Source of the DNA: Patescibacteria group bacterium
GTDB lineage: Bacteria; Patescibacteriota; Patescibacteriia; Patescibacteriales; JAQTRU01
DNA: 64,000 nucleotides
NCBI GenBank assembly: GCA_028716725.1
Contig: JAQUPG010000001.1
Span: 47,660-111,659, forward strand
Direction: 5' to 3'
The position numbers were made by a program, and so were the translations under genes. Under the pieces are notes generated by a model. The model was not told the origin of the DNA and searched no databases. It saw only the letters and a list, made by a program, of their open reading frames with translations. Positions 17,231-25,663 of the stretch are shown in pieces (the stretch's first letter is position 1; every line of letters begins with the position of its first letter).

Positions 17231-18400
17231 TTATGCCTTCTTCCAGTAATACGTCCAATGCTTTTTCCAGACCATCTTTTTTATTTTCAAATATAATTTT
17301 TCCGCCTTGATTTTCGTTTTCCGGGTGGTAGCGTCGTCTAAAGCGCGGATAGACCGGATTAATTCGTTAATTCCCCGCTCAATTTCGTCCGGGTTCCAGG
17401 AAAGGGGCCCGAAGATATGGCTAAAATCTTTCCCAGAAGCCCACCAGAAAGTGCAGCTGGCCAGGCCCCTGACAAGATGCCAGCGCGCCCAGCCGGCATT
17501 TTCGTCTTTTTCATATTTAGCCGCCGTTTTATAAGCCAGGTTAGCCAGCTTCCAGATATTTTTTTGGATTTTATTTTTTTTATCGGACCAAAGAATATAG
17601 GGTTCCCCTCTTTTTAATTCCTCCTCCGTTGACACCCAGCTGCCGGCCACAGGTTTTATCTTTTCTATTTCTTTATGCCCGTCAATAAATTCGGAAATGG
17701 TTTCGGTCTTTAGATTCGGATTTTTCAGGATTTTTTCAAATTCTCCCGTCGGGTCATTATGCCTTAAGCCGTATAATTCCGCGTCCGTGGCCGTGATAGC
17801 TAAGTTATTGTCTTTGGCTTCAGCCATTATTTTATTTAAAGTTTCCGGGACATAAGATTCGGATAAGGGGCGGGAGCGGAAAATTATTTTTAAACCGGAA
17901 TTTTTATCTTTATAAATTTTATTAAAATCAGTTTTACCCAGTTTGCCTTTTTCAACAATTTCGCCAAGGATTATCCATTCATAACCCAGTTTTTTTATGA
18001 TTTTGGCCACTTTTGGGCTATAGGCCATTTCCGGAATAAAAAATCCCCGGGGCTTAAAGTTTCCTCCAAAATGTTTTTGCAGTATTTTCTCGTTTTCTTT
18101 AATCTGTCTGATGGTTTCTTCCTTCGGGATTAAAGGCAGGAGAGGATGATAAGCGGCTGATCCCGTCAGCTCAATTTGGCCCTTCTCTCTTAGATTATTT
18201 ATTCTTTTCAGCAATTCTCCATAGCCCAATTCTTCCCAGCGCAAAATCAGGCCGCCGGTAATATTTAGAGTGAATTTTACATTAGGATGTTCTTCCAAAG
18301 CCCTGATTATCCGGGCATAACTTAATTCCGTCGCTTCTTTGATAAAGTGGGCGTCAGTATTTACGGGCTGGTAGAGATGTAAAAAATTTATCCAAAGCAT
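17231..18400 (-). CDS. glycoside hydrolase family 57-like protein
   Basis: N-terminal LHLYQP (the HQP-type motif of GH57) and glycogen-cluster context; 389 aa. Confidence 0.6.
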   Translation of the reverse strand: MLWINFLHLYQPVNTDAHFIKEATELSYARIIRALEEHPNVKFTLNITGGLILRWEELGYGELLKRINNLREKGQIELTGSAAYHPLLPLIPKEETIRQIKENEKILQKHFGGNFKPRGFFIPEMAYSPKVAKIIKKLGYEWIILGEIVEKGKLGKTDFNKIYKDKNSGLKIIFRSRPLSESYVPETLNKIMAEAKDNNLAITATDAELYGLRHNDPTGEFEKILKNPNLKTETISEFIDGHKEIEKIKPVAGSWVSTEEELKRGEPYILWSDKKNKIQKNIWKLANLAYKTAAKYEKDENAGWARWHLVRGLASCTFWWASGKDFSHIFGPLSWNPDEIERGINELIRSIRALDDATTRKTKIKAEKLYLKIKKMVWKKHWTYYWKKA

Positions 18401-18411
18401 AGGTTAAAAAT

Positions 18412-18454
18412 ATCAGCCAGAGGCTGACCCGCCTCTGGCGGGAAATAATAAAAT
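18412..18454. repeat. composite of shared 16-mer ATCAGCCAGAGGCTGA, CCCGCC/GGCGGG mini-hairpin and AT 15-mer
   Basis: The 16-mer at 18412-18427 is identical to 31227-31242 (the last codons and stop of tsaD). The hairpin cccgcctctggcggg is at 18428-18442 and the AT word at 18440-18454. Confidence 0.8.
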
Positions 18455-18539
18455 AATATAAAAATTTTTTCTGTCATTGCGGGTAATTAGGTAGGTAATT
18501 TATTAAAGTGGAACTAAATATATACAGTTAAATGAAGTT

Positions 18540-19898
18540 TTATTTAATTTCAGGAATTAAATCTTTTATTTGTTCATACCAAGATTCTAGTGTTTTAAGC
18601 TCTTCCTCCCAATTATCTTTTGAAAAGACAAACTGTTTTAAAGGTCGTAAGTGTTCAGGAACTTTGATTTTATCATCAGTGGCGGTACCTAATTTTGCTA
18701 AACATGATTCCGGATAGCCAAATAATTTGCCAATTTTATAATGAGTTTCATAATATTTAGGATGACGTGGATTTGGCATCTTTTTTAGTTGGTTTTGGAG
18801 TTGTTCTAACTCATCCAAAATTTCTTTAGTTTTTGCTATAATTGTACTTTTCACTTTGTGACTTTTAGAAAATTCAACTTCCGGTTCCGGCATGTTAACC
18901 CCAATGGATCTTAGGTATTCAATTTGTTCTGTTGTTGGTAAAACACGAGTTTCCGCTTCTTCTACCTGGCTAAATAGTCCTATGGGGCTGGTATCAATTT
19001 CGCCACTAACGGCACAGGCTGGTTTTATACCTTTTAACATTAGTAATAAGCTAATTTTATCTTCGAAAGAAAGTTTAAGGCCTTTTATCCATTCAAGTTT
19101 TTGTTTGAATTCCTCCTTTTCTTCCGCTTCTATATTGTCATCATCAATAGTAACTACCTCACATTGGTTTATTGGAATGTCATATTCACCGGTTTTTGGG
19201 TTAAATTTATTTCCAGAGATAGACATTTTTGAAATAATTTTTCCTATGGTTTCAGGATTTCTAAATCCTCCCCTTTTTATAATATCTTCAGCTCTAGCTC
19301 TTATTTCATCGCCACCGTATTTAATAAATTCTTGAGGTATTCTGGTGTCGCAAGTTCCAGGAATAACAGAAAATATTTTTATATCTTTATTCTCGGGTCG
19401 GTCAGAAAAATTTTTCAACCATTCTTCAATTCTTTTTTTTGATTTTCCATAAGCCTCGGCCCCTTTAACGTTTTTTGCGGCAGATGTTAAAAAAACCACT
19501 CGTCCCCCGCTTTCCTTGAGTGCTTCTGCGGCAGCCTTTGTTAGAGCAACTTGCGCTACCTCGTTCACTTTAAAAACATACTCATCATCCTCTTTCATTC
19601 CGGTTACGGCGGCGTTGAGGATTAGGACATCTAAGCCGCCGAGATCAGCTATGCTATCCTTGATAAATTTTTTAGCAGCATGCCTATCAGCGAGATCTAA
19701 TTGATAAGCGGAAACAAGGTCGGGATTTTTTTTAGCCGAGTCAATTTTTTCTTGAGTTCTAGCGCAAATAGCGATATCAGCCCCTTCTTTCAATAATTCA
19801 TCAGTAATGGCTTTACCAATTCCTTCGGTGCCGCCGGTTATTATAAATCTTTCTTTTTTTGGAACTTCTTGATTTTGCGTAAAAATATTTTCTTTCAT
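18540..19898 (-). CDS. SDR (Rossmann TGGTEGIGKA) fused to a ~200-aa C-terminal domain of unknown function
   Basis: The first ATG gives MKENIFTQ..; the ORF track starts at an upstream TTG (19922). N-terminal residues 1-250 are SDR-like and the remainder is unrecognised. Confidence 0.7.
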   Translation of the reverse strand: MKENIFTQNQEVPKKERFIITGGTEGIGKAITDELLKEGADIAICARTQEKIDSAKKNPDLVSAYQLDLADRHAAKKFIKDSIADLGGLDVLILNAAVTGMKEDDEYVFKVNEVAQVALTKAAAEALKESGGRVVFLTSAAKNVKGAEAYGKSKKRIEEWLKNFSDRPENKDIKIFSVIPGTCDTRIPQEFIKYGGDEIRARAEDIIKRGGFRNPETIGKIISKMSISGNKFNPKTGEYDIPINQCEVVTIDDDNIEAEEKEEFKQKLEWIKGLKLSFEDKISLLLMLKGIKPACAVSGEIDTSPIGLFSQVEEAETRVLPTTEQIEYLRSIGVNMPEPEVEFSKSHKVKSTIIAKTKEILDELEQLQNQLKKMPNPRHPKYYETHYKIGKLFGYPESCLAKLGTATDDKIKVPEHLRPLKQFVFSKDNWEEELKTLESWYEQIKDLIPEIK

Positions 19899-19985
19899 AC
19901 TATTATTTAAACAATATAGCAATTTAACAATTTAATAATTTAGCAATATTCTAGAACCTAAAAGCTAACACCTAAAATCCAACAC

Positions 19986-21449
19986 CTATTTTAAGGCCTT
20001 CCGATAAAGCAAAATATATTTTTTCGCCGGTATTTCCCAGCTGTTTGATTCCTGCATGATGCGAACCACTAAATTGCGCCAGGTATTTTTATGCTTATAA
20101 TTCTCCAAAGCCCTGACAATCGCTTCAAAAAGAGAAAGTTCGTCAAATTGGTTGAAAACAAAGCCGGTGCCTTTACCAGTGGTTGGATTAAAATTTGTAA
20201 CCGTATCGTTTAAGCCCCCGACTTTTCTGACAATCGGCACGCAGCCATAACGCATGGCAATCAGCTGGTTTATGCCGCAGGGCTCATGGTAGGAGGGCAG
20301 AAGAAAAAAGTCAGAGCCGGCATAGACTAAAGTTTCGTATTTCTGGTTTTCCTCATGGGAAGGTATGACCACCAATTTTTCCGGATATTTTTTGGATAAT
20401 TTTTCCAGTTCTTTAAGGTAGGTTTTATCTCCGGAGCCGATGACTATGAATTGGATATCAAGCTGCAATAATTGTTCGGCGATTTTTAAGATTAATTCAA
20501 AGCCCTTTTGGAAAGTAACGCGTGAAGTCGTGCAGAAAAGCGGAATTTTCGCGTCCATGGGCAGTTTAAATTTTTTCTGCAAATACTCTTTATTTAATTT
20601 TTTGCGGTGGGTTTTTTTAGAGTCGTAGTTTTTATAAAGCCCGATATCTTTAGCCGGGTTGTAGGCCTTATAATCAATGCCGTTAACTATTCCGAATAGC
20701 CGGTCCTCGCGGTTAGCCAAAATTCGCTGCAGGTCCTGGCCGAATTTTTTCGTCATTATTTCTTCGCGGTATTGCTCGCTCACTGTGTTTATAATGTCAG
20801 CCGACAGAATCGCCCTTTTGGCAAAATTCAAATATTCAATTTTTTTGTCAGATAAATGGGGAATTCTTTTCCGGCCGTAATCTTTAAATCTCACCGGCAC
20901 TTCCCACCAATTATGCCCCAACTGAAAGACTAAATTATGGATAGTAAAAACAGTTTTGGCTTTTTTTAGAGTTTTAGAATAGCGGAAATCGGTTTTTAAA
21001 TAAAAAGGGATTAAGCCGGCCTGCCAGTCATGGCAATGGACGATATCCGCTTCAAATTTTAAAAGGGAAATTAATTTTAAAGCGGCGACGTCAAAAATTA
21101 AAAAACGGGCGTTTTCATGGCTTGACCCGTAAATGGCTTTTCTTTGAGAGAAATATTTTTTATTTTCGATAAAGTAGACGGGCAGGCCGTCCATTAAATA
21201 ACCTTTCCAATAATTAATTCTGACCGCCTCTTTCGAGTTAAGGTAAACCTTAACGTTATCGTAAATTAATTTCAGGCCGTTTTTTTTCTTGTCAATTACC
21301 TGCCCGTAAAGAGGGGTGATGACAACTACTTCGTGGCCTAATCTTTTCTGGGCTTTGGGCAGGCTGCGGGCAACGTCAGCTAACCCCCCGGTTTTGGAAA
21401 AGGGGGAAACTTCAGAAGCGATATGAACGATTTTTAATTTTTTAGACAT
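19986..21449 (-). CDS. glgA: glycogen/starch synthase (GT5), copy 2
   Basis: 487 aa with KTGGLADVA and PSYHEPCGI motifs. Confidence 0.9.
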   Translation of the reverse strand: MSKKLKIVHIASEVSPFSKTGGLADVARSLPKAQKRLGHEVVVITPLYGQVIDKKKNGLKLIYDNVKVYLNSKEAVRINYWKGYLMDGLPVYFIENKKYFSQRKAIYGSSHENARFLIFDVAALKLISLLKFEADIVHCHDWQAGLIPFYLKTDFRYSKTLKKAKTVFTIHNLVFQLGHNWWEVPVRFKDYGRKRIPHLSDKKIEYLNFAKRAILSADIINTVSEQYREEIMTKKFGQDLQRILANREDRLFGIVNGIDYKAYNPAKDIGLYKNYDSKKTHRKKLNKEYLQKKFKLPMDAKIPLFCTTSRVTFQKGFELILKIAEQLLQLDIQFIVIGSGDKTYLKELEKLSKKYPEKLVVIPSHEENQKYETLVYAGSDFFLLPSYHEPCGINQLIAMRYGCVPIVRKVGGLNDTVTNFNPTTGKGTGFVFNQFDELSLFEAIVRALENYKHKNTWRNLVVRIMQESNSWEIPAKKYILLYRKALK

Positions 21450-21464
21450 GGGTTATTGGTTATT

Positions 21465-21947
21465 TTATTTTATATTACTATTGGCGGCGCAAATGGCGAT
21501 GGCCAAAGCGTCAGCCGCGTCATCCGGTTTGGGCAGTTCTTTTAAATTTAAAAGGATTTTTACCATTTTTTGTACCTGGATTTTTTCCGCCTGGCCGTAA
21601 GAAGAAACCGCTTGTTTGACCTGCAGGGGAGTGAATTCAATTGTCGGGATTTTATTTTGTCTGGCCGTAAGGAGAATCACGCCCCGGGCCTGCCCGACCA
21701 ACAAAGCGGTTTTTACGTTTTTGCAAAAAAATAATTGCTCTACCGCTATTAATTTCGGTTTATATTTTTTTATTATTTTATTCAGATCTTTATTAACAAC
21801 TTCCAGCCTTTCTCCCAGTTCTTTTTTTGCCTTCGTTTTTATTACTCCATATTCCCGGCAGATTAGTCTGCCTCGTTCGTTTTTTTCTATAATTCCATAG
21901 CCGGTATCGGCCAATCCCGGGTCAATTCCTAAAATTATTTGTTCCAT
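21465..21947 (-). CDS. ruvC: Holliday junction resolvase RuvC
   Basis: MEQIILGIDPGLADTGYGII.. start chosen at the conserved N-terminus. The track's upstream extension overlaps yebC. Confidence 0.9.
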   Translation of the reverse strand: MEQIILGIDPGLADTGYGIIEKNERGRLICREYGVIKTKAKKELGERLEVVNKDLNKIIKKYKPKLIAVEQLFFCKNVKTALLVGQARGVILLTARQNKIPTIEFTPLQVKQAVSSYGQAEKIQVQKMVKILLNLKELPKPDDAADALAIAICAANSNIK

Positions 21948-21957
21948 AGACCAATAT

Positions 21958-22686
21958 TTAGATATTAGAGATATTATGGTAATAGTCGGCGGTATCTTCA
22001 TTATCTTCTAATTCTCCAATAAATTTTTCAATTTTTTCTTTGTCTTCGCCGGTAATTTCCTGGCTCTCCTTGGCGATAAATTCAATGTCGGCCGTTTCCG
22101 TTTTTATGTTTTTTTCTTCCATGAATTTTTTCAAAGCCTGCAGGTCTTCGATTTTAGTGTAGATGGTTATGCCCTCTTCCTCGGTCAAAAAATCCTGGGC
22201 GCCCATGTCGATTAAATTCAATTCCAGATCCTCTAATTTTATGTTGGCATTTTTTATTTCTTCTTTTAAGATTCTTATTACTCCCTTCTTTTCGAAATTC
22301 CAGGCCACCGCGCCAAAAGCTCCGCCATGCTTAGAAAACAAATGGCGGATAGAAGCGCTCGCCCGGTTCCGATTGTCAGTCAGGCATTTGACGATAAATT
22401 GCGATTTAGCCGGGCCAAAGCCTTCGTAAATCAGTTCGGCTACTTCCTGCCCGCCGCCTTCACCCGTGCCTCGTTTTATCGCCCGGGCAATATTATCTTT
22501 TGGCATATTGGCCTGTTTGGCTTTCTCAACAGCCATTCTTAGGGTGAAATTAGTATCCGGGTCGCCCCCCTTTTCCCGCGCCGCAATTGTGATAAGATTG
22601 GCAATTTTCGTAAATATCGCCCCCCGCTTAGCGTCTACGGCCGCCTTTGCCCTTTTAGTTGTCGCCCATTTGGAATGTCCCGACAT
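21958..22686 (-). CDS. yebC: YebC/PmpR family transcriptional regulator
   Basis: MSGHSKWATTKRAKAAVDAKRG.. is the canonical N-terminus. Confidence 0.9.
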   Translation of the reverse strand: MSGHSKWATTKRAKAAVDAKRGAIFTKIANLITIAAREKGGDPDTNFTLRMAVEKAKQANMPKDNIARAIKRGTGEGGGQEVAELIYEGFGPAKSQFIVKCLTDNRNRASASIRHLFSKHGGAFGAVAWNFEKKGVIRILKEEIKNANIKLEDLELNLIDMGAQDFLTEEEGITIYTKIEDLQALKKFMEEKNIKTETADIEFIAKESQEITGEDKEKIEKFIGELEDNEDTADYYHNISNI

Positions 22687-22884
22687 AGTAAAAAAATTCA
22701 AAATTCAAAAGTCCCCGGCCCGCCTCGCGTTAAATTAGTCTGTCTATAATTACTTATTTACATCTGCCAAATAACATAAATTGATGAATAGGTTAAAGGC
22801 GAGCGGGGCAGGCAAAATGCAAAATTAAGGTGTGTTTATTAAAATAAAATCAGGGTTTACCTGATATATTAAAATTAACATAAA

Positions 22885-22913
22885 TTGAAATAAAAATCAA
22901 TATTAGATATAAT
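22885..22913 (+). promoter_or_regulatory. promoter of PGI/PMI gene
   Basis: TTGAAA at 22885-22890, a 17-nt spacer, TATAAT at 22908-22913. Confidence 0.7.
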
Positions 22914-22943
22914 GAAATTAGGATAAATTAAAACATTAAAACT

Positions 22944-24014
22944 ATGAAATTAAACAATCTTATTTTGCCAAGAAAAGGCGAAGTCGGACGGTTGGTTGAA
23001 TCCATCCAGTTTTTGCCTGACCAGGTCAGGCAGGTTTTAACTGAGGCCCGTTTAATTAAAATACCAGCTTCCTATAGCCAGATAAACGAGGTCGTTGTGA
23101 ACGGAATGGGCGGGTCTAATTTGGGCGCCGGCATAGTCAAAGCCGTTTTTAGCGACAAGATGAATGCGCCATTAACTATTACTCCCGGCTATCAGGTGCC
23201 GGCTCATGTGGGCAGAAATACCCTCTATATTATTTCTTCTTATTCCGGCAGCACGGAAGAGCCATTAAGCGTTTATCAGGAGGTAAAGAAGCGGGGGGCA
23301 AAAATAGCGGCCATTACTTCGGCCGGCAATGGCAAACTGGAAAAGCTGATGATAAAAGATAATATTCCCGGCTATATTTTTAAGCCGGAATTTAATCCCT
23401 CTTGCCAGCCCCGATTAGGCGTGGGTTATATGATTTTCGGTCTGGCGGTGATGCTGGCTAAAGCCGGACTTTTTAAAATTAAAGTGAAAGAAATTGAAGA
23501 CTTGATTGCCGATTTGGAAATCTGGGACCGGAGATTAAGGCCGGCCATAGCCACTAAAAATAATCAGGCGAAAAAAATAGCGGAAGCTCTTTTCGGCCGG
23601 CAGCCGATATTGGTTGGAGCCGAATTTTTAATAGGCAATTTGCGGGTTTTGCGCAATCAGCTTTGCGAAAACAGCAAAAACTTTGCCAGCTACCTAACCT
23701 TACCGGAACTAAATCATTATGCTTTGGAAAGTTTGGCTAATCCAAGGAGTAATAAAAAAGATTTGATATTTTTCTTTTTAGATTCAAAACTTTATCATCC
23801 GCGGGTAGAAAAAAGGAGTCGCCTGACAAAGCAGGTAGCCAAGAAAAGCGGAATTAAAGTATTTGGTTATACTCTAACAGGTAAAACGAAATTAGTTCAG
23901 GCTTTTGAGATGTTGCAGCTTGGCACCTGGGTTAGTTTTTATCTGGCTGTGCTTAATAAGGTTAACCCGGCCGAAATCGCCTGGGTAGATTGGTTTAAGA
24001 AGCAGTTAAGATAA
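22944..24014 (+). CDS. SIS-domain bifunctional phosphoglucose/phosphomannose isomerase-like
   Basis: 356 aa with GMGGSNLG and ISSYSGSTEE SIS motifs. Confidence 0.75.
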   Translation: MKLNNLILPRKGEVGRLVESIQFLPDQVRQVLTEARLIKIPASYSQINEVVVNGMGGSNLGAGIVKAVFSDKMNAPLTITPGYQVPAHVGRNTLYIISSYSGSTEEPLSVYQEVKKRGAKIAAITSAGNGKLEKLMIKDNIPGYIFKPEFNPSCQPRLGVGYMIFGLAVMLAKAGLFKIKVKEIEDLIADLEIWDRRLRPAIATKNNQAKKIAEALFGRQPILVGAEFLIGNLRVLRNQLCENSKNFASYLTLPELNHYALESLANPRSNKKDLIFFFLDSKLYHPRVEKRSRLTKQVAKKSGIKVFGYTLTGKTKLVQAFEMLQLGTWVSFYLAVLNKVNPAEIAWVDWFKKQLR

Positions 24015-24026
24015 AAATAAAATAAT

Positions 24027-24041
24027 AAAATAATATAAAAA
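24027..24041. repeat. dispersed AT word AAAATAATATAAAAA (exact copy)
   Basis: Exact 15-mer located 13 nt after the PGI/PMI stop. Confidence 0.8.
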
Positions 24042-24048
24042 TTAAAAA

Positions 24049-24081
24049 GAAAGCAAGGTTAGTTAACCTTGCTTTCTTTTA
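24049..24081. terminator. bidirectional terminator between convergent PGI/PMI and histidine kinase genes
   Basis: gaaagcaaggtta-gt-taaccttgctttc 13-bp stem flanked by A- and T-runs. Confidence 0.85.
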
Positions 24082-24095
24082 TTAATGTGTTGATT

Positions 24096-25487
24096 TTATT
24101 TTTTCACCACCGGAAATTGCAGGCTAACCTGGGTGCCGACTCCTTCCATGGAATCAATCGCAATCGTGCCCTTCATTAATTCTATGATCTGTTTAGTAAT
24201 CCAGAGGCCCAGGCCGGTGCCGGTAATGTTTTTAGTTTTTTCTGTTTGCACGCGGTAAAACTTCTGGAATAACCTTTCTCTGTCCGCGGCCGACATGCCG
24301 ATGCCCGTGTCTTTTATTTTTATCTCCAAAGTTTTGCCGTTGTTCTTTTCGGCTGTCGTTACTTCCACCTGGCCCTTTTCCGTGTACTTAATACTATTGC
24401 CGATCAAGTTGATTAGAACTTGCTTAAAGCGTTCGCTGTCGATATTAAGAAGAGGCAATTTTTCCGCGTGGGGCTGATATTTTAATTCTAAATTTTTGGC
24501 TTTGGCCTGGATCGACAATTCGGCCATTATGTCTTTTATAATTTGGTTAACATCCTGCGGAGAAGCTTCTATGGCCAGCCGGCCCTGTTCAATCCGGCTG
24601 ACATTTAACAAATCTTCCACCAAAGAAGCGAGCCTCGTGGCCGCGCCCTCCACCATTTTTAAACTTTCTTCCATCTTGCCGCCAACCTTGCCGAAAGTGC
24701 CTTCCAAAATCATAGATATATAGCCCCTGATGCCGGTTACCGGGGTGCGCAGTTCATGGGAAGCAATAGAAATAAATTCATCTTTCATCTGATCAACTTC
24801 TTTTATTTTCTTGTAAAGAAGAGCATAATCCCATAATCGGACCGCTGCGGTTAAGAACAAAATGACAATTAAAACCGTTAAAACCAGCAGGAAAATGGAA
24901 GCATTGCGGTTGTAGTTCGTTAAATCGTCAACAATTTTAGAAGACAGCCGCATGGCCAGAAGGGCTTGTTTTTCTCCGGCCGCATTTTTCATGGGCATGG
25001 CTACCTGCCAAAACCGGCTCTCCTGGGAAAAACTGCCGACCAGTTCTTCGCCTTCGGCCGTCGTGGCCAGTTTAAGGGAATCGGTGGCCAGGCCGTCATT
25101 ATCCGGCTGCATCCAGGCGACTTTATAATAATAAAATTTCAGAACCTTGCCGACATCTTCCTTTTTGCCGGCGGCTGCGACTTTAAAATCGTCGCCTTCC
25201 GGAACTAAGATTTCTAAGTCCTGAAATTCCAGATTTTTTTTCAAAAGGGCGTCAATTTTTTCCTGAAGCAGGGTCTGGTCTCCCAAGTCTTCTTTTATCA
25301 GGGCATAAATTGAACGGCCGACGATTAAAGCCTGTCTCTGCAGAGCTACATCCAGATTTTCATTATATTTGTTGATAATGAAAATCGTGTTGAAGGCAAT
25401 TAAAAGGGGGATAAGGATAATTAAAACAACGCCGTAAACCAGCTGGAGAGTTTCCCTGTTTTTTACAAAAAATTCCTTAAACTTCAT
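24096..25487 (-). CDS. sensor histidine kinase
   Basis: Two TM segments flank a periplasmic-type domain. H-box SHELRTP and N/G boxes (NLIGNSIKYT, DTGIGM, GTGLGL) are present. Confidence 0.9.
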   Translation of the reverse strand: MKFKEFFVKNRETLQLVYGVVLIILIPLLIAFNTIFIINKYNENLDVALQRQALIVGRSIYALIKEDLGDQTLLQEKIDALLKKNLEFQDLEILVPEGDDFKVAAAGKKEDVGKVLKFYYYKVAWMQPDNDGLATDSLKLATTAEGEELVGSFSQESRFWQVAMPMKNAAGEKQALLAMRLSSKIVDDLTNYNRNASIFLLVLTVLIVILFLTAAVRLWDYALLYKKIKEVDQMKDEFISIASHELRTPVTGIRGYISMILEGTFGKVGGKMEESLKMVEGAATRLASLVEDLLNVSRIEQGRLAIEASPQDVNQIIKDIMAELSIQAKAKNLELKYQPHAEKLPLLNIDSERFKQVLINLIGNSIKYTEKGQVEVTTAEKNNGKTLEIKIKDTGIGMSAADRERLFQKFYRVQTEKTKNITGTGLGLWITKQIIELMKGTIAIDSMEGVGTQVSLQFPVVKK

Positions 25488-25581
25488 ATGTTCAACACCT
25501 TCGTATCTCTTTAAAGCTTTAGATAAATCATTGATACAAATGCTTTAGTGATTTTTAAAAGTTAATACAGCAATGCGAATG

Positions 25582-25648
25582 ATACGAATAAATACGAATT
25601 TATGTTTGCGGCATTAGTATTATTAGCATCATTCGTATTTATTCGTAT
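25582..25648. repeat. TACGAAT-word hairpin cassette
   Basis: Perfect 18-bp arms atacgaataaatacgaat (25582-25599) and attcgtatttattcgtat (25631-25648). The TACGAAT words are phased 10 nt apart. Confidence 0.85.
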
Positions 25649-25663
25649 ATTAGTATCATATCT

